Assembly (NCBI GenBank): GCA_000182565.2
Contig: KQ257455.1
Source: Spizellomyces punctatus DAOM BR117
Lineage: Eukaryota
Length of the DNA: 64,000 bases
Reading direction: 5' to 3' (one strand)
Below the pieces are notes generated by a model. That model searched no databases, was not told the DNA's origin, and saw only the letters and a program-made list of their open reading frames with translations. Positions 9,180 to 21,762 of the stretch are shown here, one piece after another. Within the stretch, counting starts at the first letter, position 1; each line of letters starts with the position of its first letter. The translations under genes were made by a program, and so were the position numbers.

Positions 9180-9465
9180 ATTGGAAATGCAAATCATGGA
9201 CAAGGATCTTGCAATTTGAGTGCACCGCAACGAATTTGCAGATGCATACTAGACCTCCCTCATTACCAATAGCAGCAATGGTAAATTCAAGACAACTATT
9301 GCGCGCAAGCTTTACCTATTTTCTTTGTCAACAAACCTTGTCATGCCAGAGCAAAATCGAATAGTTAGCGTGCCTTAGCAGTCTTGTCCTGTCTTTGGTT
9401 TGGTGGATAAAGACAAATGGTGTCCTCCCCACTTGAAATGCACCAACTACTGCGCGCCAGCAATT
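9180..9465. repeat. Degenerate, deleted direct copy of ~11570-12070
   Basis: Shared blocks AACCTTGTCATGCCAGAGCAAAA, ACCAACTACTGCGCGCCAGCAA and TCATTACCAA in the same order. Confidence 0.8.
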
Positions 9466-9904
9466 CGTTTTCCGCGTCAACTTGTTATTATTAAATCTTA
9501 TTGTCTGACTAGTCAACCATACTCAAGAATATTACAAACAAGGCTGTGACGTGCATCATTCTCTAAATGCGCCTTTCTAATCGCTTCAACGGCTAAGCCC
9601 AAACTCGATCGGACGGCGGGAGTAGGTGCTATTTGGTCTTGTTCTGTGTTCGGTAAACACGCCACTTCTGCTGCTATTGTTTGGTCGTGCCCACAAGGTG
9701 CTTCACGTTGCGCTTCTTGTTTCGAAGGTCGAGTTTCGCATCTACGGCTTCATTGACGGAATCTTCACTGAGGGCCACTATCTTGTGCGTTTGTGAAAAA
9801 AATGCATTGAATGTGGCCTTCTCGGCCAGAAGTGTCTACAAGGAACAAATAGTTTCAGTCCTTTCAAAATATGCCAGTTATTCTCACTCAGTTTCTATGT
9901 ATTT

Positions 9905-10485
9905 GCTCTACGCTTGGGTCAAAGCCGGCACCGCGGTGCACAAGATCCCAGGTGTCCGCAGACACCCGAGGTGGGTTTGACCTAACTTGGGACCATCGCA
10001 ATGGACTCCACCTCGTACAGTCGCAACGGATGAGGTGCCCTGCGAGCCACTGCCAAACCATGTATCATTTCACTCACCTGCGAGAAGATTGTAGTCCTGA
10101 GTTGAGCAAAAGTTACTGGGCCTTTGAGATCCGGTTCGCTGCGCTACCGTCTTCAGCGAGGTGGTCCGGTCCACCTCGCTGATACTACCTTTATGAACAA
10201 AAAGGAGTTACCCTGAGTTACGTCAGTCTTGTGCGACTGCACAATTACAACAGATGGCGCCCTACAAGCCCTATTGACTCTGAAAGGCCCATTCATTACC
10301 ACGTTCAGTGGCTCTACGCTTCGGTCAAAGCCGGCATCGCAATGCATAAACACCCAGGTGCCCGCAGCCACGGGAATGACCTAACTTGGGACCATCGCAA
10401 TGGATTCCACTCCTACCCCCGCAGCGATAGGACGTGCCCTGCGAGCACTGACAATCCATGTATCATTTCACTCACCTGCGAGAAG
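9905..10485. repeat. Diverged ~180-bp direct repeat pair (9905-10087 and 10311-10485)
   Basis: GCTCTACGCTT.GGTCAAAGCCGGCA, TGACCTAACTTGGGACCATCGCAATGGA and CCATGTATCATTTCACTCACCTGCGAGAAG occur in both copies. Confidence 0.9.
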
Positions 10486-10521
10486 CAGTCCTCATCACCT
10501 CCGCCGATTCTCGAAGCGCTT

Positions 10522-11195
10522 GAGCAGAACACGGCTGCAAGTGGGACTAACTAAACAGGACCCTAACCCCACACCCTCTNNNNNNNNNNNNNNNNNNNNN
10601 NNNNNNNNNNNNNNNNNNNNNNNNNNNNNNNNNNNNNNNNNNNNNNNNNNNNNNNNNNNNNNNNNNNNNNNNNNNNNNNNNNNNNNNNNNNNNNNNNNNN
10701 NNNNNNNNNNNNNNNNNNNNNNNNNNNNNNNNNNNNNNNNNNNNNNNNNNNNNNNNNNNNNNNNNNNNNNNNNNNNNNNNNNNNNNNNNNNNNNNNNNNN
10801 NNNNNNNNNNNNNNNNNNNNNNNNNNNNNNNNNNNNNNNNNNNNNNNNNNNNNNNNNNNNNNNNNNNNNNNNNNNNNNNNNNNNNNNNNNNNNNNNNNNN
10901 NNNNNNNNNNNNNNNNNNNNNNNNNNNNNNNNNNNNNNNNNNNNNNNNNNNNNNNNNNNNNNNNNNNNNNNNNNNCTAGACCCCAAAGTGGAGCAGAACA
11001 CGGCTGCGAGTGGAACTAACTAAACCGCACCCTAACCCCACACCCTACACCATCTCCCACCCCATCGCCCTCCCCATCACCCTCCCCATCCCCGACCCCG
11101 TCACCCTCCCCATCCCCGACCCCATCACCCTCCCCATCCCCGACCCCATCACCCTCCCCATCCCCTATCCATCACCTCCCTCTCCCCAAGTGGAG
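10522..11195. repeat. C-rich minisatellite / tandem array spanning an assembly gap
   Basis: GAGCAGAACACGGCTGC.AGTGG.ACTAACTAAAC...CCCTAACCCCACACCCT on both sides of the N gap, followed by about three copies of the 24-bp unit CATCACCCTCCCCATCCCCGACCC. Confidence 0.85.
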
Positions 11196-11450
11196 CGTTC
11201 CTCCAGATGTGGAGAGCCCATCTTTTCGCGGGGACACCCAACCTCGATGAGACGATGGGAACGCGATGGGAACGCGAGAAACGGGGCCAGGTGGTGAATT
11301 TATAAGGCGTGGGGTTACACAAACTGATGTCAAGTCCGTGTAACGCGGGTGCAATGTGCAATGTGTGAGCACTCTGATTGGACAGATGTGCGCGTCGCTT
11401 AGTAAGCCTCGTTGTCCGGCCGCGTCGGACAACTGGTACGTGAGCAGTAG

Positions 11451-12070
11451 TTAACTCCCCATGCGGTGCAGAGCTAAAGTAGACCTCATTCTTTGTGAGT
11501 GAGGTGTGCTACCGCATATAGATGCATATAGATGCAACACAAAGACGACTGGACAGCCCCAGATGGCCAGTTTGGGAATGTCATGGACAAAAGACGGATA
11601 GTTAGAGCCATAGAGCATACCATAGACGTTCCATGCTTGTAAACCTCCATCATTACCAAAAGCAATCGTATTCAAGACGAATGGTGTCCTCCAGGCACCA
11701 ACTATCAACCAACCTGCTATCCAGCCAAAGAAGCCAATGCACCAAGCGATCATTCCAATACTTTAAACCAACAACTGGGCAAGCTGAGTTCCATTACCTG
11801 TCGATTCAGTCCTAATTCCCAAATTCAACCGTGAACCGCATAGTCCACGCATCGCATCCTGACGCGTTCCCCATCTGTCACAAAGCTTTATCTTTTCTTT
11901 GCCAACATAACCTTGTCATGCCAGAGCAAAAGCAAAATAGTTGGCGTGCCATAGGATCTTGTCATGTCTTTGGTCTGCTAGCCTAGAAACCCCATCTTTA
12001 CCAAAGCTATTCAACACGAAGGGGCGTCCTCGCCACTTTGAATGGACCAACTACTGCGCGCCAGCAAACG
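11451..12070 (-). pseudogene. Membrane-protein gene fragment of unknown family
   Basis: Hydrophobic Trp/Gly-rich ORF 11451-11753; partial degenerate duplicate at ~9180-9465. Confidence 0.35.
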
Positions 12071-12695
12071 CGTTAAACTCTATTATAAAAACTGATGACT
12101 GATCCACAATATGGGGGTTTTCCCACAGACTCATGTCATCACGTGAATGCGCAATGCAAAATAGCATGCTAATTTACCAAAAATGCGCGTTACATCCACC
12201 CCAACATCTTATTTCTCCGCTTCCGTGGATATAAATCCAAGTGTTCCAAAGAATCAAACAGCAAATAACAAGCATCCACGTAAGCAATTGAATTTACAAA
12301 GAAGAGTCAGCCATTTCCCGTTCGTGGGAACGCGTTGCCCCCAACTTTGTTTCAATCGGAGCTCACCGGAGGAGAGAAATACGGCATAGGAAGGTGGATG
12401 AGGTGGACGGGAGAGGTGGAAAAGTTACTTAAGGGCTGATGGCGACTTGCCCACCTTCTACGCATATCAAGCCTCATCATATATTCAGCCATTTTCAACA
12501 TTTCCCCTGCATTGCTTTCTTCTTCTTGTATTATCTGCACGTGCATTTTGTAGATTATAAAGTTTTAGAAATTTTGGTATTTCCCGCGGATAATCATTTG
12601 GCGTGGATATCGCTCCCAAGGAAATCGCTTTTAAAAAAGGAACTTGCTTTGAACTTCCTTTTGTCGTTCCGCTGTCCACTGACTTTCGAATTGTC

Positions 12696-15600
12696 ATGGC
12701 GTCTGCGACTCCCGCGCTGACCGCAACTACGGCGAACGGAGGCCACCTGGAGCTAGATGTGACAAAATTAAAAGAAGATGGACACGTCGTCCTGACGGAG
12801 GACGAACCCACAACGACGAGCAAAAAGGCAGGAAAAGATAAAGAAAAGAAGCCGGAAACACCTCGAGTCTCCTACCTTCAGCTTTATCGTTATGCCAGTC
12901 CGTTTGATATTTTGTTGATAATTGCCGGCACGCTCGCCGCGGCAGCCCACGGCGTCGGAATGCCCCTCATGACCATCATTTTTGGTGAGTCTTTTGTATA
13001 CCCCCTTGCCAACCCTTACAATGCCATACTGACGGCTTTCCTGTATATTAGCTGATATCCTCGAATACTATTATAGTTACGATCCAAACAATCCTGTTTC
13101 CGCTGATCTATTGAGGGATGCCGCCAAAGATACTGCCATATGGTTTGTCATCCTTGCGGCGTCGCTCTTTGCTCTTGCCTACGCTCAAATGTGCTTCTGG
13201 ATGTGGGCAGGTGAAAATCAAGCAAAGGTGGGTAGTCTCTCAATGGCTCTTGGTGAAGTGCGCTGGCAGCTTAGGCACCTTGCTCCCATTCGCAGCGCAT
13301 CCGCGAACTCTACTTTAAATCCATCCTTCGTCAAAATGTCGGCTGGTTCGACGCAACCAGTACTGGAGAGCTGACAACCCGGATGACTGCCGATACAGGA
13401 ATGATCCAAGAAGGCATCAGCGAAAAAGTCGGAATGATCATTCAGTTTGTGACAACATTCATTGCCGGTTTCATTATTGCCTTTATCAAAGGATGGAGAT
13501 TGGCTCTAGTCTTGACGGCATGCTTTCCCTTGTTGGCCGGTGCTGCCGCTCTCATGTCCATTATGGTTGCCGCCAGCTCGGACAAGGGAAACGATGCGTA
13601 TGCATCTGCTGGTGCGTCACAATCGTGTAACACTACAACGATGTAGTCCACTTTCTGATGATATTTTACAGGTGGCATTGCTCAGCAAGTCTTGTCCGGC
13701 ATGAGAACCGTCGTCGCCTTTGGTGGTGAGCACCGTGCGACAAAGAGATACGCTGCACTGCTGAAAAGTGCCGAGAAGGATGCCATCAAAAAGTCTATTT
13801 ACACGGCTCTTGGTGTTGGTATGATTAACTTTCTCATCTTCGCTGTATACTCTATGGCTTTCTGGTGAGTGCTCTACTTGGATTAATGTCTTCCCTGCCT
13901 TTGATTTGACCTAGCTGTCATCCAGGTACGGTGGACGTGAGATTCGGGCTGGCCGTATGAATGGAAAAGAAGTGGTCAACTGTTTCTTTGCGCTCATTAT
14001 TGGAGCCTTCACACTCGGTCAGGGCATGCCTCACTTTAGCGCTCTCGGAAACGCGCAAGGTGCGGCTTACAAAGTGTTTGGCACCATTGATCGCGTTTCC
14101 CCCATCGATGCGAGCAACCCCGGCGGCGAAAAGCCAAGCGAGGTGAAAGGTGATATCGAGTTCAAGGATATTTCATTCCATTACCCGACTCGTGAGGATG
14201 TCCCGATTTTATCCAAGTTTAACCTCAAAGTCCAAGCCGGTAAAACCGTTGCCCTCGTGGGATCATCCGGATCCGGAAAGGTAAGAAATGAAATATATCA
14301 TTTTGGAAAGTCATGCAGAGTTTGCTGAGTTTGCATTTATATCAGTCGACCATTGTAAAACTCGTGGAACGCTTTTACAATCCAGTCTCGGGAACAGTGA
14401 CTCTAGATGGCCACGACCTCAAGGACTTGAATGTGAAGTGGCTCCGACAGCAAATAGGAATTGTCTCGCAGGAGCCAACCCTGTTTGACACGACCATTCG
14501 TCGGAATCTTGTGTTCGGATTGAAGGAAGACCCAGATACGATTCCAAAGGAGAAACTTGACCAAATGGTGGAAGACGCTTGCAAAGTCGCCAACGCCTGG
14601 GGATTTATTCAGACTCTTCCTCAAGGGTTGGACACCTCTGTCGGTGAAGCCGGATCCATGTTATCTGGCGGGCAAAAGCAGCGTATTGCCATTGCACGTG
14701 CTGTCATGCGGGACCCTCGTATCTTGCTTCTTGATGAAGCAACTTCAGCTCTTGACACCGAGTCTGAGAGACTTGTCCAAGCGGCGTTGGAGTCTGCATC
14801 TCAAGGACGAACAACCATTGTGATTGCACATCGCTTGTCCACGATCAAAAATGCTGATTTGATCGTGGTGATGAATAAGGGAGCGATTGTCGAACAAGGC
14901 ACTCATGACGCTCTTGTTGCGGCCCGGGGAACGTACTATGAACTGGTTGAGGCGCAGCGTCTCAGAGGAGGCACGAACCATGAAGGTAATGGCCAAGAGA
15001 AGAATACGGTTGCCATCGATGTTGCCGATCTCGAAAATGCTGTCGAACCTGTCGCTACTGCAGAGCCTGTCAAACGTATCGGTGACGCCGGCGTCACGCT
15101 TGACATTGGAGAAAAGCCGCCAGCCCCTGAGCGCGTAGAGTCTGCACTTGAACGGCGCCAGAGTGTTGTGTCCCTTCGCAAGCGCAAGGAATTGGAAGAG
15201 GAGTTGGCCAAGAAGGAGAAGGAAGCAATGCTGAAGCGAAACGTGGACAAAAAGAGAATTCTGATGATGAACAAACCAGAATTCCCGATCATGTTCTTAG
15301 GGTAAGCTACAGCATTATCATCGCATTCGTTGTAGACGGATACCTTACCAAAGCCACCTAGTGTCATGTGCTCGTTGGTAAACGGCGCGGTTATGCCCGT
15401 TTTTGCCCTAATCTTTTCCGAACTCATCGCTGTGTTCAATCGTACGGGTGATGAGTTAACTCGGGAAATTAACAAATGGGCTCTTGGATTTTTCCTGTTG
15501 GCCATTGCCGCCTTTATTAGTCACGTCATTCAAATCGGTCTCTTGCGAATTGCCGGTGATAAACTTACCACTCGCCTCCGTCATGAGTCGTTCCGTGCCT

Positions 15601-17272
15601 TGATGAGACAGGAGATTGCATTTTTCGATGATGAGAAGAACTCTACGGGAGCGTTGACCGCCAAGCTCGCCGAGGATGCCAACCTGGTACAAGGTCTCAC
15701 TGGACAAACTTTTGCACAGATCCTGCAATTGATCTCCAACTTTACTGTTGGACTTGGAATTGCCTTTTCAAACAGTTGGCAGCTCACACTCGTCGTTTTG
15801 GCCTGTGTGCCCTTGGTCGGGATCGGTGGTTATCTTCAGCTCAAGACCTTGACTGGTTTCGGTGAAAAGTCCAGGGAGGCTTACAAGGATGCCAACCAAA
15901 CTGCATCCGAAGCCATTGAAAGCATTCGTACCGTGCAGACGCTGACTAAGGAGGAAAAGTTCGCGTCTACCTACGCCGAGCAGATCAAGGTTCCCCATCG
16001 TATGGTAGTCAAAGGAGCGTTCGTGAGTTCCGTTGGCTTTGCCAGTGCTGAGAGTGTTATCTTTTTGACATATGCCCGTATGTATTGTGGTCTTTATCTG
16101 TGTGGAACAAGGTCGTATGTGCTGACAATCTCTGGTTTGTTAGTTGCCTTCTGGTACGGTTCTGAATTGATGCTCAAAAACACATACGATGCGAAGCAAG
16201 TCATGACAACCATGTTTTCCATCATTTTTGCTGCCATGGCTGCTGGGCAAGGTAATACTAGATGATACGCGGCCACTTTCGTTTCCATATGCCGGCTCTA
16301 ATATTCTGGCTGGTTCAATTGTCTAGTCACAAACTTTGCGCCTGATGCAGCCAAAGCCAAGCTCGCTGCCCTTGGCATCCTCGATATTCTCGACCGTACG
16401 TCTCGCATCGACGCAACCAGTACGGAAGGCGAGCGTCCTGCAAAGCCGCAGGGCCGTCCATCAACTATTGACACGCACTTTGCTTACCCTACTCGTCCCG
16501 ACATCTCTATTTTGCGGGGATTGAACATTGCGGCCGAGGTTGGAACGACCGTAGCATTGGTCGGCCACTCTGGTTGCGGTAAGAGTACCGTTCTTGGATT
16601 ATTGGAGCGCTGGTACGATGTTACAGATGGACGTGCGGAGGTGGACCAGCTCGATGTCCGCATGTGGAACTTAAAGTACCTCAGGGAACAGATGGCGCTT
16701 GTCGGACAGGTAAGCAACTTTTGTATATGGCTGCGATCTGTGAAGGGGAGCTGATGTGGCATTGACCTTGCTAGGAACCCATCCTTTTCGATGTGTCCAT
16801 CCGTGAAAACATCGCCTACGGCGCACCTGAAGGCGAGGCAACCGACGAGCAAATCGAAGCCGCCGCCCGCGCCGCCAACATTCACGATTTCGTCATTGGT
16901 CTCCCCAAAGGATACGACACAATGGTCGGCGAAAAAGGAGGCCAACTCAGTGGTGGCCAAAAGCAACGCATTGCCATTGCTCGCGCGCTCATCCGAAACC
17001 CGAAACTCCTCCTTCTAGACGAGGCGACCAGTGCCCTAGACTCTGAATCCGAAAAAGTGGTCCAAGACGCCCTCGACCGCGCTGCCAAAGGTCGTACAAC
17101 TGTAGTGATTGCACATCGTCTTTCTACCATCCAGAATGCGGATAGGATTTACGTCGTCCGCGGTGGACAGGTGGCAGAGATGGGCACCCATGCGGAATTG
17201 GTTGATCTGGGTGGGGCGTATGCCGAGTTGGTAAATCAGCAGATGCTCCACAAGGAGGAAACAACGTCATAA
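12696..17272 (+). CDS. MDR1: Full-length ABCB-type multidrug transporter (P-glycoprotein), multi-exon
   Basis: Two TMDs and two NBDs: GSSGSGKS and GHSGCGKS Walker [15 protein letters not shown] signature twice, [11 protein letters not shown] twice; GT-AG introns. Confidence 0.96.
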
Positions 17273-17844
17273 AGTGTATGATTGGTTGGTACATTGGATA
17301 CTTTGGGTACTTTGTCATAGATTCCTTTTTTTTTCGGCATACTTGGGATAATGGACTGCAATTATGAGAGCCTGGTGCTCTGGCTTCAAAATACACGCTA
17401 CAGAACATATACATGTGCTTGGATTGCTATTTCTTTGTTGTTGCTTTGGTTTGGATGGACATTTCTGGTGGCCGTTATGATGTTGGCCATACCCAACCTA
17501 GAGTTTTCATCCGAGATGTTGTGAGCTCTGCACTAATATCCGCTCCACCCCAGGTACGAAGACACGGAATCAAATGAATCAGTTTGCTGAATATCTCTAA
17601 ATTGTCAATCGTCAGGACCGACGGAGCTGCCATCCAACCTGGGCGTCGTCTACGAGTAACCCAAAACTCCGATTGCCTTACTGTGCCACCTGCGCGAGAA
17701 AGTTAAAAACTCTTCAATCACGTGGTAACTGATCGATGCACTAAGCCACGTGAGGGTCCGATCGCGTTCTCATCACATCGTCAGTTTCCGTGGGACGGTC
17801 ATCTTTCAAAAACCGCACTCTTTTCAACTGTCCCATGGTGTGAA

Positions 17845-19948
17845 ATGCCCCAAGACCCTCAAGATGGGTTCATAGAGCTTGTACAAGAATGCATACAGAA
17901 CCTGTCGACAGAAGAAGAGGTATTTCGTCATGTTTATTTACATGGCGTTGTGTTGGTGTTGAGGGCAAATTTTTTGGTGCAGGCCACGGACGACCAGCCA
18001 GTTGGCGTTCTTTACAAGTTTTCGGTGCTTGCTGATGCAGCGCAACAGTTTGACGACCCCTTGGGTAAACTGCACGCTACTGCAGCATGCTCAAATGTGC
18101 TGATCTTGCTGGTAGGAGATGCAGTGTGAGAAACGGTGCAAACCGAACACTAACTCTTCACGGTTGCGACGCAGAGCCGCGGATTTACAACCAAGCACCA
18201 GCATGCTGCATTTACCGCATTGAAGATCCTTGAAACCATTGTTTGTTCAGAAAGCAACAAGTTCCCTGAAGGTCAGGCGCATTTCGAGATCATTTCTTGG
18301 AAGATGGTACTCACCAAACTTTTAACATTTTGCACAGATCGGTCTGCCGCAGATGCTCTCGCTGCATTTTTTGCTCACCTGGTGTCGAATCTTCGACCGA
18401 GCGTACAAGCATCGCCCACAGACCGATCAAAAATACATAACATCATGTACTCGCTCGACTTCCTACAACGTATCCTGAAACATTGTCGAACTCGAATGAA
18501 AAGGGCCCATGAGACATGCCCTTTTGCCCTGCTATATCCGCTTGCGATTGCCCTTGCTGACAAGGACAAGGATGGGCGGGTTGGCTGGATGTCTGTATTA
18601 TTTATGAAGCGGACCTTGGTGCGAAAGAGTTCATTCGAGCGAATCGAGTCGCGAGTTCAACATGATGTCTTTGACCCATTCTAAAATTACAGATTCCGCC
18701 AGAAACTCTCTCCCACTACATTGCGCTAATGCACGGTATTGTTAAGACGAATATTATTGTATCGGCACGATCGGACGGGCCGGACCCAACTATTGTCGCG
18801 ACGATGTTGAGCTTGATTCGGTATATGAAAGCACATGTTCCTTCGGTAAGACAAGTGCAACAGAGCTGCAATTGTAGGACAGGATTTTGACATGCAATGG
18901 TTCTAGCTGGGAACGCTTTTAGAAGACTGCAGTCCGTACGTTAGACGAAAGACATTAGAACTCCTTCATACGATCACCACCAGCAACGGCGACATGGTAT
19001 CGGTAGGAACTATTGCCTTTACCGTCTACCATGTCCGTTAATAGTAGGGTCGTCGCTGATATGATATTATAGATCATTCTTCTCCTAGATCATCTCTACC
19101 GGTGTTTAGACCACATACATAACCCATCATTTACGGAATGGTGGACACGTACCATCACGGACGACTATACAGAGTTCTTCTTGGACCCTTCTCATCCCAT
19201 CGACAGGGAATCTCTCAAAATTTGTGTAAATATGCTTTTGGAGGCGCTTTCCGCAGGGATGCGCGACTTTTCGGGACCAGAGATTACAGTGGAAAGGAAA
19301 CGATTCATGTTTTTGTTGGATAGGTTCTCGGTGGGGTTTGCTGGTAAGCTCTGGGATCGCTTGGTCGATGATGACACAAAAAATAAAGTCATTGTATCGG
19401 CAGATGTTCTGAGAAATAGTAATCTGCGAACTTATCTCTTTCAACTGTACGGTGATAATGATGCGCAGCTTTTTGGTGTTCTTTCCATCTTTATCCAGTT
19501 GTATATCGGTGTACAACAGGACGAGATAATGAAGCGGTAGGTCCAAAATCGGTTTCTGACTGGGTCTCATGAGTTCCTTTGTTCACTAGTTGAATTTTCC
19601 AGACTTTTCCCAACCATTACGTACGCTCTCCATACCCTCAACCCTCACGCCCTCTGGATTCACTTCTCCTTAAACACCAACAACGATCCAGAAACTCTCT
19701 TGGACTTTTTGATATCTGGCGAAACGGGATTTCTAGAATATTTTGTCAAATATTTGCGATTTATCCTGTCGCGTGTGGAAGCCTTTCGGAACATGTGTCA
19801 GCGTCAAGGGGCTATGGAGGTCCAGCTATTGCTATTGAGCGGTTTGAAGGATCGAGTGGAGAGTTTGTGGAAACGTGGGTTGTTTCCATACGAACCTGGA
19901 GTGCTAGTCAAGAGACTGGATGATGTTATTAGTGCTCTGAGTGGGTAG
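17845..19948 (+). CDS. Protein Lines homolog (LINS-like), multi-exon
   Basis: C-terminal LLDFLISGETGFLEYFVKYLR...LFPYEPGVLVKRL and LYGDNDAQLFGVL resemble Lines domains; start approximate. Confidence 0.7.
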
Positions 19949-20097
19949 CAGGAGCTGAGTTTGTCGGGAGTACGCAAGACCAAGACCAGATTATATATTA
20001 TATATATTTTACATTATACACGAGCAGAACGCCCTTAAAAGCCAACTGCAGATCAATAATAAATAATATACCACAACTTTTCGACGGCCGCGCCCTC

Positions 20098-21762
20098 CTA
20101 AATAGCATTACCCAAACCAGACCGCTTGCTTCTCACCATAACCTCCACAGGATGTACCAAGCCTTGGCTTCCTTCACTGCCTAATGCTTGCCCCTCAGTC
20201 CACCCCATCGCCTTCAACATCCGATGCCCAATATTCCCTTCACCGATCGGCTTACTTCCCTCTCCAACCACAGACCCCAATTTTGGTCGCGCCTTTTGAT
20301 CGGGTGCCCCTGGTGGCTTCTTCTTTTTGGTCCCGCTACCAGGTGACCTGGTATTCCCCTTTAATCTTCCTCCCTCTGCTTCGACAACTTGTTTGACAAC
20401 CGATTTCCAATGTTGCGGTACATGTGATCGTTGTGTACGGATTAGAACGGAGACTTTGGCTTTTCCTTTTCCGCGGGTCTTGGGTAGGAGATGATACTCC
20501 CTTGCCATGCTGTAGACGAGTCGTCGGACTGCGCCTGGCATGGGTGGGAGAGTCACGCAAGGTTTGGAGGGTTCGTTTTGGGTGAATGTGTGCATGGTTG
20601 AGTTGACGGTGGAAAGGAATGTAGTCACATCTTTAGTGATTTTTGTGCCTGAGCGTGAGAGGGCAGCGTTGAGGTTTTGGCCGGCGTTGGCTCTTTCGCG
20701 GGCTTTTTGGTGTTTGTTGCGGGTGAACTCGGCCTGCTCGCGTCGCTTTTGTTTACGTGCTTGGGATTTGGAACCAAAGTCTGCTTTGAGAATTTGCTGA
20801 AACTTGCGCTCGGAAGGATCTTTATTCCGGGAAGTATTCTCATCCCATGCGGACTTTCTGCCTTCGAAATCTTGTTTGAGATACTCTTCGTCATCGTCAC
20901 TATCGTCATTCTCACTTCCCAGCCCCAGCCGTGCAAATGATGGTATCTCGTCACTAGAATCATCACTAGTATCCACTTCCTCATCATCATGTCCCATCAT
21001 CAATGCTTCATATAGCCCAACTTCTGCTTCTTCTTCGTCCGATGAGGCCGATAAAGAAGTCAGGTGGGTTAATGCACTGGAGAGATCTCCAACGGAAGAG
21101 TTTTGGATATAATCCATCATGATAGCCATTTCTTCCGGGTCTACATCTTGTTCTGGGGTTTCATCTGATGAAAGGCCATCTTTGTCCTCCTCTCGGTCTT
21201 CCACATCCTGTTCGACAAGTAGCCTGTTTATGCCACCATCATTCCGACATTTTTTTCTTTTACTTGATTGGCCGTGTCTCTGCTTCCTTCGCCGTTCTTT
21301 TTGGGTTGGGGTGAGGGAGATAAAGTCTTCTGCAGAGGATGTTGATGTGGGTGTCGTTCCTTGTGTGTTGGGTAGGCGTTCCGGTGTCAGTGGCGTGTGA
21401 AGAAGAGCGGAGTCACCTCGGCGGTCCATAAAGAAGAGTTGGGAGGAAAATTGACGAGAAGAGCTTTCAGTGCGGCCGGATACTGACGACGTCGTTGTTC
21501 CAAGACTGTCGGCCTTTGGTGTTGCGTCCAAGACTGCGCCGTCACCTTGCTGATCTATAAAGAAGAGCTGGGTCAATCGTTCACAGGTGGACATTGTGCT
21601 ATGTGACGGTGTTCGTCTTGCGGTGTAGTTTGCGGAATCACCGTCAATAAGCGATATCAGTATCCTCGTCAACACAGACCTTTGCATGCAGTAGCCAGTG
21701 GAGTAGCCACACTTCAAGGCACGTGTTTGTGCTGACATAAGCGACCTGCTATGCTTTACCAC
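20098..21762 (-). CDS. SQS1: R3H plus G-patch domain protein (SQS1-like); 5' end uncertain
   Basis: LPPMPGAVRRLVYSMAREYHL (R3H-like), NIGHRMLKAMGWTEGQALG...RSKRSGLG (G-patch), acidic middle region. Confidence 0.8.
   Translation of the reverse strand: MVKHSRSLMSAQTRALKCGYSTGYCMQRSVLTRILISLIDGDSANYTARRTPSHSTMSTCERLTQLFFIDQQGDGAVLDATPKADSLGTTTSSVSGRTESSSRQFSSQLFFMDRRGDSALLHTPLTPERLPNTQGTTPTSTSSAEDFISLTPTQKERRRKQRHGQSSKRKKCRNDGGINRLLVEQDVEDREEDKDGLSSDETPEQDVDPEEMAIMMDYIQNSSVGDLSSALTHLTSLSASSDEEEAEVGLYEALMMGHDDEEVDTSDDSSDEIPSFARLGLGSENDDSDDDEEYLKQDFEGRKSAWDENTSRNKDPSERKFQQILKADFGSKSQARKQKRREQAEFTRNKHQKARERANAGQNLNAALSRSGTKITKDVTTFLSTVNSTMHTFTQNEPSKPCVTLPPMPGAVRRLVYSMAREYHLLPKTRGKGKAKVSVLIRTQRSHVPQHWKSVVKQVVEAEGGRLKGNTRSPGSGTKKKKPPGAPDQKARPKLGSVVGEGSKPIGEGNIGHRMLKAMGWTEGQALGSEGSQGLVHPVEVMVRSKRSGLGNAI

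Noticed and set aside
10231-10554. HYH as a Helitron/HUH Rep motif
   Set aside because: No other Rep or helicase motifs; splice signals point to the opposite strand
10400-11023. 207-aa and 168-aa ORFs
   Set aside because: Mostly N gap
10560-11040. CCCTAACCC as a telomere
   Set aside because: Only single units inside a larger repeat; no tandem TTAGGG array in the visible sequence
14936-16966. Long antisense ORFs within MDR1 (likewise within XRN1, RasGEF and SulP)
   Set aside because: Shadows of real coding exons
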